Of a stretch of 64,000 nt of DNA, positions 38,401 through 49,193 are shown piece after piece (within the stretch, counting starts at the first letter, position 1; every line of letters begins with the position of its first letter). Source of the stretch: Phoronis australis (taxonomy: Eukaryota > Animalia > Phoronida); assembly GCA_002633005.1 (NCBI GenBank), contig NMRA01000041.1:811294-875293 (forward strand). The letters are read 5' to 3'. The notes under the pieces are model-generated. The model was not told the DNA's origin. It searched no databases and saw only the letters and a list, made by a program, of their open reading frames with translations. The translations under genes and the position numbers were made by a program.

Positions 38401-41400
38401 TAACAACAAACGACAACTTTCAGGTGGAGCCAACGGACGCTGAGCCCAAAAGTGGAATTTCATTTTATTCTGTTTTTCTTTGTTTCTCTGAATTTCCTTG
38501 ACAATTTTTTATGAAATACAGCATGTTCTTTTTTGTATGGATTGTACGTTTTGGCGTCATCTATTTGCCATTTGATGATACAAATAAATTACCCTAAAAG
38601 CACACCATTTGCGGTGCATCCGTGGGCACATTTCAACGCTCCTCGTTGCTCTTGTTATGTTGATAATACACGCTGTTATTTTTCGCATTTTGGTAACACT
38701 TTTGGCTTTTGGAATTAAAAAAAAATTTTGAAACCAGTCAAGTACGTGAAATGACAATTACTTGTGAAGTCAAGTACGTGTAATGACATTTACTTCTGAA
38801 TTAAATTATTTATGTTTGCTTCTGGTATAATCATCAAAACTGACAAAGGGTTTTCCAGTGATATGGCTCTTATGTAATTCGGTTGAAAAAAGCGGGGTTG
38901 CGAAAATTCCATAGCAAGTGCAAACAACTATCACACATGCGTGGCGCAACCTCAGTGGCTGCCAGATCGGAGTTGGCATTCCCAAGGTACCCAAACTACA
39001 TGGTTAACGGACTCCCAAACACGGTGTCAGACGCAAAAACACAACTCATGTACCTGCAAACACCGTTCACTGACTCACGTACACGGGATCGGACTCGCAA
39101 AGCACGGTTTACGGATAAAATGTAGAAGTCGGCTTCGACAGCTGTGCAATGGGTGCGAGATTAAATATATTTTTGATCATATGTTTGTTTTTAATGTGAT
39201 GTAATTGTTGAGAATTAGAAATAATAAACATTGTTTAAACTGCTTAATTGTTCTACAGTTTATTGGCGTCCCGAACTCAACATCCATTCTCAGTGATGTT
39301 AATGTTTGTGACCTGTTTAATTTTAAGTTCATGCACAGTAAAAAGGAACATTTGAAACGGATTAATGGGACTTGAAATATTTGTCTCTGGTGAAAGTTAG
39401 CTCAAATTGTATTTTTGTGCTAAAACCAAGTTTTTCTAGGCGAAGGTGTTGCCAAATACAAGATGGTTGATCAGTTCCTTTTCTGTGTAGCAACTATTTC
39501 GCGCTATTTACCCGGGAAGCCAATGAGTCCGTGAGCGCGTTTTCGGCATGTTTTTTCGGAGTGAACCGTGTTTGGCGGTCCGTGTACCGTGTTTCTACGT
39601 AAATGTGCGTCCGTGACCGTGTATTTTGGATGAATGGATCGTGTTTTGTGAGTCCGATCCTGTGTATGTGAGTCAATGAACGTGCGGGTACGCGAGTCGT
39701 GTTTTTGCAGCCGAAACCGTGTTTAGGAGTCCGTTGATACCAGGAATAGAGTTCAATAATATAACCGAATGACAGTTGTCGATTATTTTACAATTAAAAT
39801 GGACGTTGTACATGTATTACCCCAGAACATGATATCTTTCCTAAAGATAGTATTACTACGCCCGGTCCAAGCATTTCATGGAAGTTTTTTTTAAAAATGT
39901 CTACACAGAGTTCTGGGTAAAAAATAGTAGCTGATTGATAGAACTAGTAATTGATATATGATTGAAAGGCCAAATGTGGTGCCCTTAGATAAATTATTTT
40001 GCGTATGCAACCATGTACTCAAACAATTATACAATTGCTTTTCACAGTCGGGAATTGTTTTGTGTCGGGTGAATCCTTCTGCTGATTCTGTGGCAGATAG
40101 TCACCTACCTTTACAGCTCAACATATTATATAACTTTTGTATTTATCGATATCTGTAGTAGTTTAGTTTGTCCAATGAGCTAAATCCTGTATTTGTTTGT
40201 CATAATATATATGACCTTTTATCTCACCCTCACGTGTTGTTTCACTGTAAACTAGCTCCGGTATCGCTTTGCAGTTAGTGCAAATAAATATTATTTAAGT
40301 ATTAAATTATTTTATGTAAGCTATACTGCTTTTTCCTCGCTATCGTATTGTTTTGAATCTTGGGTCAGTGACCCTCTTTGTTCTCTCACTATTGGCTTAA
40401 TTGAACCACTTGATTTCTTTGTCTCGTTGCAATACTGTGCCATCGTCCATAATTTCTCTTCAACTCTGTATTTTTCAGTCAATTTCTATATCCCTCCCTA
40501 ACTCAATCCACTTTTTATTACTTACTCTCAATTTTCTCATGTCGATATCACGGTTGTTTTTGGCATACTGTTACCCAATTTTATAGCTCAACATATTATA
40601 TAACTTTTACATTTATCGACATCTGTAGTATGAGTTTAGTTTACATAGGCTGATTCACGGGGGGCCCAGCCTCACACCCCCCCCCCTTGGCGGCTGCAAA
40701 AATAAAACAACAAAAGCATGAGGAAATATTGAGTTTATTAATTAACCCCGGTAAATAGCAGTATACGGCTGAAACAAGATTTGACAATGTGTGAAGTTTA
40801 AGTTTGTGTGTGAGTGTGGGGGACTCAGACCCGATTTCACGTGCCTATTCAGACAACCGGCGCAATCGTAACGATAACTATGGCTAAGTAATGCCGCTCC
40901 CGGTCAATATGTACTTGACAACCTAGGCAGCAGTGGCTCGGCGCACTACCACTCCGATTCTGTCGCCTGCTCCACTGTGCAATGAAGAAAATTACTTCAT
41001 TTTTTTCAGAGAAAACGGAAGCTGAGTCACGATGTAGAAACAGAAGCTGCTGGTAAGATGTAAATTTTAATCGAAGCCTTAATGAGTCACTCATAAACTC
41101 ATAATTCTCTCTTTGTCAAAATTAAAATTAAGACGATTTGAAATTGAATGGCATGGTTAATGCCACCACGAAAAAGGGTTTAGTCTTTTGGGCAACTTAA
41201 GACTGTTTTAAACATAACAACTTTTGCTACGAACGGGTTGCACAAAATATAAAGGGTGTACTAAACATTAGGGAGAGAAGCAGGCTCGCGCGCAAACGCT
41301 GTGGACAATAAACAAGTATGTCTCTTCACTTGAAAGCGTGGTGGCGCAGAAGAGCACGCGCGCTCTGACCGATAGGTCGGGTGTACGAGTTCGTGCCCCT

Positions 41401-43125
41401 ACAGAATTTTTACACATATTCTCAAGTGTTTTTGTCTTTGAAAATAATTCAGAAATCAAGGAAAATGCTTGTCTTTAGAGGCAAAAACAAACCTCCCAAT
41501 TCGGCGCTATGCGCCTCTACACTCGCAAATCTAGTACAGAGTTATTCAGAAGGAAAAACTGTGGTTACCGAACAATTTTTAATCTCCCTCAACAGCTTAT
41601 TATTTAAAATGACTTATTCTTATTAAAATGACATCGGCAAAAAATTGAACTTCGGGCCTCAAAAGCGAGGCCACCTATATTAATATAGGAAGGCCTCGCC
41701 AAAAGGGGGCCGAAGAGCGGGGCGTGCTATATTAATATAGGTGGTACCGCCGAAAGGTGGCCGATGAGCGGGGCCCACTTATATTAATATAGCACGCCCC
41801 GCTTTTGACGCCCCAAATTCAATTTTTGCCTATGTCATTTTAATAAGAATAAGTCATTTTAAATAATATGCTGTTACTCCCGCTCATGATAAATGAGCGC
41901 ATGCGCTAACAGTCATTCGACAAACACCTGACTGACGAGATGGATATTAACGGCAGATTATCATGTGTGATCGCACTCCAAATCTGAGGTCGGCAGCACA
42001 GTATGAGGCAAGCCAATGAAGCAAGCGATTTCCCAAAAGAATTCCAAGTGCATTTTAGAATATATTTAGTGAATACTACGATATCTTTACAATTAATTTC
42101 AAACAGTTATGATTTACTCCAGTTGCCTCTAAATTGGACTGGCTGCTGCTTTTAGTTACCACTGTTTTGCTTACATCAAATGTCAAAGGCCACATTTCCA
42201 TAATTAAGATTACGTCCATGTCTTGCCATACTAAATAAGGAGATGTGATTTGCCTTGCTGAAGACAAACCGGCATCGTAACGAGCAGTTGACATATTTTT
42301 TTTTGAAATTTGAAATTAAAAAATGTTTTGACATCAACTGAAATTCAAATTTTTACTAAGAACCGGAAAAATAGCTGTTGAACTGGCTGAGTCTGTTTGG
42401 GTGGCAGTGAACCACTTTGAATAATGCAATTTAGTCCGTTTTTCGCGTTCCAGGCCTCTTTAAGACAGAAATTTGGTTTTACGCTCCCCCTTACTAATTG
42501 CTGAAGAATTTTTATTGAAGTAAATATGAACGCATCACACTCTAAACAAAGTTGATATAAATTATCTCAGTAGCTAGCAATTATCTGTATATTCTTGGAG
42601 ACTTTCCACTTTGCACACGTGAGATCAAATAATTTTATGAAATACATGTAGTTGTGTTAAGTGTAAAGACAAACTTTTCATGTAACAGCACCTGGGTGTT
42701 GTGCTTTGTGGGCTTGACGTCAACTATTGTACACATATTGTTTGTAATAAACATTAAAAGTAGTTACAATGTGCTTTGTTACCTGTACAGCTGCCGGCAT
42801 TTCCCCCCGTGTGCTCGAAATATTCCCAATCTTCATTATAATCAAATTCACTCGTCTTGACATCGTTAAGACAAACTTTCTGGCACAGCTCATATCTCTG
42901 GGAGAATCCGAAGTCGTCACACATCTCGTCTTGGAGGCAATCGTAGGCACAATCTAGAGCAGATGACTTTGCAACAGTGGTGGCAGTTTGATTGGCAATG
43001 CGTTTGTTTGTGGCCATCTCGACATACTTCGGTCCACAAGATTGTGAGCTCATCCCAGCCTGTATCAACAGAACTGAAATGACGAAGCCTTCTCCAACTT
43101 TTAGCGACGAAGCTCTTAGAAACAT
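35405..43125 (-). CDS. Secreted PAN/apple-like + WSC domain protein, paralog B (exons 43125-42783, 35694-35405; ~7.1-kb repeat-filled intron), ~210 aa
   Basis: Exon 1 MFLRASSLKVGEGFVISVLLIQAGMSSQSCGPKY...CAYDCLQDEMCDDFGF...GSCT is collinear with paralog A and uses the same donor (ACAG|GTAA). Exon 2 DPGCYVDSSCKRDF...YAAVQNGDECWCGNRYG...CSGDSEETCGGLERNYIMKTIPWNNN* has the same 290-nt length and phase. Confidence 0.85.
36981..38656 (+). mobile_element. Helentron-associated non-autonomous element (HINE/DINE-1-like) with an internal tandem array (~440-bp period made of ~150-bp subunits)
   Basis: The 5' end is TTTTTATGCGCCC followed by a CCGT microsatellite. Internal repeats restart near 37170, 37608 and 38057. 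The 3' end has a sub-TIR GGGCACAT (38624), a short hairpin CAACG-CTCCT-CGTTG (38634-38648) and CTCTTGTT. Confidence 0.68.
38986..39740. mobile_element. MITE with ~110-bp imperfect TIRs, nested in a fragment of the paralog-C-type transposon
   Basis: Left arm AACGGACTCCCAAACACGG...GGATCGGACTCGCAAAGCACG pairs with right arm CGTGTTTTGTGAGTCCGATCC...CCGTGTTTAGGAGTCCGTTGATACC. The segment 38795-38983 resembles the reverse complement of 48518-48745. Confidence 0.7.
41591..41875. mobile_element. Palindromic MITE (~285 bp)
   Basis: AACAGCTTATTATTTAAAATGACTTATTCTTATTAAAATGACAT... pairs with ...ATGTCATTTTAATAAGAATAAGTCATTTTAAATAATATGCTGTT. Three internal TATATTAATATAG dyads. No clear TSD. Confidence 0.8.
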
Positions 43126-45059
43126 AGTGAGGCAATCGAAACACCTAATAAATCGGGCAAAGTGTAGCCACACTAGAAATGTATAATAAGCCTACACATG
43201 AAATAAAACAATTAGAAACTAACTTTAATAACTATTATTTGGTCTAATAAAATCACTTTTGTAACGAGAACTTAATTATACGTCTTTGAGACGAATTTCA
43301 AAGCAAGTATTTGTCCAACAAAAGGGGTATTCATGAAGCACTCAGAGAAATAAAGCGTTGTTCTATCATCCTAATAGCTGCAACGTGTCGTGTATGACGG
43401 AATACGCCAAGCCATGACACCAAAGAGCGTCAGTGCTCAAATGTCTCTTAGTGCATTTCTTTCAAACTTTCTGTAGACCAACCGATGTTCGTGAGGTTCA
43501 GATTGTACAGCAGCTCTGGAACGTCATTCTCATGTCAAGTAAAACTATATGTAACTTCTTGTTAGACACTGCAGTCTTGAGAACAAAATCAAATTTGTAA
43601 AAACTACGGTGTTATCAGTAAGGCACACATTCGTCCAGTCAGTGTGCTTTACAAACTTTACTAAAAGCACATTTAGCTCTGTTTAGCTGACTAAACTACT
43701 AAAATTGAATTAGACCTTTCTCTCTCATAAAACCGGTCCCACAGCCTTTGCCATGATGGGATTTTATTTACGTTATCAACACAGATCACAGTCAATAAGT
43801 ACTTGCCTGCCCTTAGTGAGTTCGCAATTTTAGAGTTGGTCGACCCCAATTAACTCTGAAGCGTTTTCCTTGAGTCAGTGATTGTTTCAATGCTCTTTCA
43901 TTGGTGGTCCTATCATAGAAAGGAATATCATAAAAAACGATTTTAGGACAGTAAAAGCTATATTTCAATTTTAATTTTCAACCAGCTAAAAAGTGCGAAA
44001 TTCAGCATTAAAATATAACATTCTTCTGTTTTTCGGATATGTGGCTGTTAAGCAATTATTTAGGTTACTTATAATTATTTATAGTGTAACGTATTACCTT
44101 TCTTTTCTCAAACACAATGACTACATGTACATGTAGTTACCAAATAAGCACACGTATATTTGCTGAATGAGTGTAAAATGCATGTTTCTCTCCATGCCTG
44201 TTGAATCCTTGCGTCTAATTGTAACCGCAACGTCCCGAAATAAAGTAAACAAATGAAAAGTACCTTCTGTACTTTTTAACTGGTATTGCTTCCCACACAT
44301 AGACACGGATATCTAAGTCTCAAATTGTACAATAAAGTAGCGAGATCTGATACCGCTTCTTTACAAAAAAATCCATCTTATAGGTTTGTGGTTATGACGT
44401 GTTTAAATATTAGAAACTTGGGGCAGCTTTCCTAGGTCTCCAAAGGCGAATTTTGGTGTGTTACGACTGTTTTTACAAACCTTAAAGCTTCAATTTTATT
44501 AAAACGTGTGATTATTAATTGAGGTCGTACGGTGGCCCAAAGATGATATCGCATGTTTCTGTTTTAATTGTCTCGGGATCTCGAGATCGCAATTTCCTCA
44601 GTGTGTTGCTGTACGTAAATAGAACTTTATAACGAGGTCAAAGAAAGTGCCGATCTAATGGAAGCTAAAAACGCTACCGTCCGAGTTTTTGCGTAATGCC
44701 TGGAACATTTGATCACCTTTTATTTCACGAGATATTCAGGGAAACAGGGATTACTTGAATGAAGAGTATGATAATCTTGGATTCAAGCTCTTTGAAACTT
44801 TATTGTTATTTATAAAGAATCATGACCATACGATCACTTTTTGAAACCCTGCACACCATGGCCATAAATGCTTGAATTCGGTTACCAGGAATTTTGATAT
44901 CGTATTTTAAGCATTTCTTCTTTAATTTATGTAAATTTAACAGAGACACAAACGCAAAAATTAAAAAAAAAATTATTGTGACGTCATCAGTGGATCGTTG
45001 TTAGTGTTGTTCTACACAAGCCGCGAGCCGTAATGGTCAAACTGAGTTCGACTGAGTAT

Positions 45060-45260
45060 TATGAAAAGTTGATTGTGCGGAGGATGCAGTAATAGCAATC
45101 AGACAGACAATATTTCTATTTTTGCGTATTCAAAAGATCCTAATGGCACAGGTTTGTACGTCGGGCACGGGTATATGGAAGTACACTGGGCAGCAAGCGT
45201 TCAGTTCAGAGGCTACGCTGTGCTCAACCCATTTTGAAGAATTGTGCTTCGATCTGACCT
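45060..45260 (+). pseudogene. Degenerate THAP zinc-finger relic (transposon-derived)
   Basis: MKS*LCGGCSNSNQTDNISIFAYSKDP, then frameshifted W...ATLCSTHFEELCFD, resembles the THAP C-x4-C...P...W...CSxHF pattern with a stop at the first Cys. Confidence 0.6.
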
Positions 45261-45554
45261 ACAAACGGAGATTTTATGAAGGTTTCTCCAACGTATTTGA
45301 TGGACAAAAATTGTTTATGTTGGGCCATTGCTGCGAACGTACAGTGTAGTTGTCAGGTCTTTTTGAGTACGAGCCTCAGCATCAAATTGTGACTAAGATA
45401 ATGAATGTGATTGCCGAAAGTTTCCGTCAGTCTACTATTGTTCAAGATTTTGCGGGAATGCATGCTATCCGCACGTGCGTCAATGCCCAATAGTAGAAAA
45501 TGGGATGTGGACGCCACGGAAATAGTTATAGGTCATGATCGCAGCCGGCACAGA

Positions 45555-45735
45555 GGCTGGAGTTGGAAGGTCTGAAATTTGAATTTTCACTGAATGGTTC
45601 TGCCATTAGCCTCTGAACAAGTCATGAAAAATGTTAATTACAAATAAAAATGTTAAAGTGACTGATGCAAAATGCTCTGGTTTGAAGTCAGACATGCCGT
45701 GTTCCGAGCTGTGTGACAGTCGAGAGTGAGTAACA
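45555..45735 (+). pseudogene. Degenerate CXC (tesmin/TSO1-like) C-terminus of a transposon-type protein
   Basis: GWSWKV*NLNFH*MVLPLASEQVMKNV is followed by AKCSGLKSDMPCSELCDSRE; the duplicate near 46765 reads SSCLKSGMPCSELC. The GW...P...CxC...CxxLC pattern is present with stops. Confidence 0.5.
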
Positions 45736-47530
45736 CGATGTCTCAAAAAATTTTTGTTGACGACGACAATGACGTTGATAAAGCCACTCGATAGGTGTGT
45801 GCTATGTTGTTAAAAATTTTCAAAATGAAACATTATGGAAATATTGACTACATTCTGCCGTGCTCATTGTGTGTTCTGTGTGACTGTGAGATCTGTGTTC
45901 AATGTCTTCTCTCTGCTCTGAGGTTTGACAATGAACAACAATGTGGATAAATAGAATCATGACAACAATAAAATGAAAGGGGTTAATTCAATGAATAAGC
46001 ATTGGAAATGTTAATTCATCCATGTTTGTATTTAGATATCAAATCTTTATCAAGTTCCAAATGATTAAAATGTTGGTTTTTGATATGAGCTCAAAATATA
46101 ATACTGTGTTTTTCGACCAACAGGAGGCGCTGCTACAATATTTATTATTCTTCTTTAACTCTTTTTTACAACTAATTTCGTAATATTTATCACTCTTGTT
46201 TAGTAACTTCAAATGAACAAAACCAAATCAAATTATCATTCAGTGTTAGCTCAGTGTTACTGGTTTTCAAAGAACGATTCTCTGTGTCAAATTTTGCAGA
46301 ATGTCAAATTGTTGGTCAAATTTCTCGAAAATGTGCACGCCAAACCTTGGGAGCTGTTTTAGATTGTTAATGTGTTATAACTTATTGACACTAAATCCGG
46401 CAAAATTATAATGTACCCCAAAACTAGCCACTGAACTCTCGTTGTGTTAATGCTTGTATTAATGAGCTTAACAAGCTTGCAATTGAAAGAACCGTCAATA
46501 TACGCTGGGTCAGGGCCCATGTGGGAATTGATGGCAATGAGAATGCAGACAGACTCGCAAAGATAGGAGCAAGCGTTCTGCATTTTGTGCCTGAACCTGC
46601 TATCCCGGTATCTTACGGATGTTGCAGGATGAGTATACGCAACTGGGTACATACCCAGTCAGCAGCCCAGTGGGCATCANTATGACAGTCGGCACTTATT
46701 ATGCTTATATTCACGACTTTAGGTCACCGGTGTATACAAATAAGAATGTTAAAGTGACTGATGCAAAAAGCTCTTGTTTGAAGTCAGGCATGCCGTGTTC
46801 CGAGCTGTGTGACAGTCGAGAGTGAGTAACACGATGTCTCAAAAAATTTTGTTGACGATGACAATGACGTTGATAAAGCCACTCGATAAGTGTGTGCTAT
46901 GTTGTTAAAAATTTTCAAAATGAAACATTATGGAAATATTGACTACATTCTGCCGTGCTCAGTTGTGTGTTCTGTGTGACTGTGAGATCTGTGTTCAATG
47001 TTTTTTCTCTGCTCTGAGGTTTGACAATGAACAACAATGTGGATAAATAAAATCATGACAACAATAAGATGAAAGTGTTCAATTCAATGAATAATCATTG
47101 AAAATGTTAATTCATCCATGTTTTGATTTAGCTATCAAATCTTTATCAAGTTCCAAATGATTAAAATATTGGTTTTTGATATGAGCTCAAAATATAATAC
47201 TGTGTTTTTCGACCAACAGGAGGCGGTGCTACAATATTTATTATTTTTCTTTAACTCTTTTTCACAACTAATTTCGTAATATTTATCACTCTTGTTTAGT
47301 AACTTCAAATGAACAAAACCAAATCAAATTATCATTCAGTGTTAGCTCAGTGTTACTGGTTTTCAAAGAACGATTCTCTGTGTCAAATTTTGCAGAATGT
47401 CAAATTTTTGGTCAAATTTCTCGAAAATGTACAAGCCAAACCTTGGGAGCTGTTTTAGATTCTTAATGTGTATAACTTATTGACACTAAATCCGGCAAAA
47501 TTATAATGTACCCCAAAACTAGCCACTGAA
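45641..47530. repeat. ~790-bp direct duplication (45641-46435 vs ~46737-47530) spanning an N; probable allelic haplotype overlap
   Basis: Near-identical sequence with scattered substitutions; single N at 46680 between the copies. Confidence 0.8.
46436..46679 (+). mobile_element. 5'-truncated non-LTR retrotransposon fragment encoding the RNase H C-terminus (LOA/I/R1-group-like); ends at an N
   Basis: Open ATG-less frame SRCVNACINELNKLAIERTVNIRWVRAHVGIDGNENADRLAKIGASVLHFVPEPAIPVS..., containing the W-V-x-x-H-x-G-x-x-GNE-x-AD-x-LAK RNase H motif followed by PEP. Confidence 0.85.
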
Positions 47531-47882
47531 GTAATTTTCTAGAATTCTTAGAGTGGAATATGGTCTATGGCTTAGAATGAACGTGACTAAAATGGTATTG
47601 AAAACACAGCTGATGTCATGCATTATCATATTCTTACAGATTTAGTTGATTTCATTCGTATACAATACGATGAGTGGTCATAAAACCGTGGCTGTTGCCG
47701 CCGATGCTGATGATGCTGCGTTTCAAAGTTCTCGTTACTGTCATGCATCTGTTCCAAACATAGTGGCCTGACCATTTGTCATACTGCTGCTGCCGCTGGT
47801 GCACTTACACGTCCTTGTTAATAAAGAAGATAAAGTAAATACATAAATAAATATTTAGTTGCAGCTTTGATAATGTGACATG

Positions 47883-49134
47883 TCAATCAATATCCCATGG
47901 CGAAGCTCTCATGATATAATTTCGGAGCGCCCCCCCCACACGTTTCGTTTCTATTTCCCCAACAGTTCTTGTTACATTTATGCCGTTCGATTTTGCGGCC
48001 AACAGTACCGTATTGATAACCACACCAACATTCTATGGCGTTCTGAACTCCAGCATATTTGTACGAGTTCTTACTACATTCGTAGCGGCAACGGTCACGT
48101 GTTATTTCTCTGGAGAACAATATCATCTTGGGTAAGTCCCTCTTCCCAAGTCTGTCAGTGTAGCATCCAATATCTGCAAAGGAGTACCACAGAGCACTAA
48201 TCATATTTAATCGAAACATGCACACGTACTCGGAGGACGCATACAAATTAAAGTTTGAAGATGTATAATATAGCAGCCGTAACGTTACCTCAAACCAATG
48301 ATCATAAGTCAAGTTTTGATAAATGTACCTTCTAACCTTCAAATTGACTTTATAAAATGACAATGGTTTGATAAATCAATACCATCGCTTTGTTTGTAAC
48401 TGACAACTTTTCTCACGAGTCTCATGGCGTTGCTTATAAACCTATAATCTGCGTCAATTTAAAAATGTATTGATGATCTGACGCAAGGCAATTGAAAGGT
48501 TCACAGAACTCTAGCCCTGGAATCCCAACTCCGATCTCGCGGCCGGCCGCTGAGGTTGCGCCGCGCATGCGTGCGATTTTTCGTATCCGTTTGTTTCGGT
48601 GTGCGTACTTGCAACGGAATTAAGTTACACTAACATTTTTCACAACTCCTTCATTTTTCAACCGAATTGCATAAGAGCCAAATCGTTAGAAAGCCTTTTG
48701 TCAGTCCTTGATGACTGTACCAGAAACAAAACAAAATAATTTAATTCATTAGTAATTAATAATTATTACCTGAGTCGTTTAGAATATTTTTTAACTCTTA
48801 AAACCAAGAGTGTTACCAAAACGCGAAAAATAACTCCGTGTAATAGTAACATAAAAAAGGAAATCAACCAGAGATGTTATACAAATGACTTCGCAAGCCA
48901 TTAGGGAAATAACAGGATTGCGTTCTTTTACAAGGCAAACTTTTCATTTTTTAAGTTTTATTTCACGGGTATAGGTAAATACTACAGCTAGCAATTGGCC
49001 TAGCTTTCGTAACTTGAATCGAATTAACCATAAACGGCATCTGGGCAACGGATAAACAGTGCACAGATGAATTATTATAGAAACAATTGAAATCAGTGAT
49101 AATACATACACACGCAGGCATGCTCGCACGCAGG

Positions 49135-49193
<59 letters not shown>

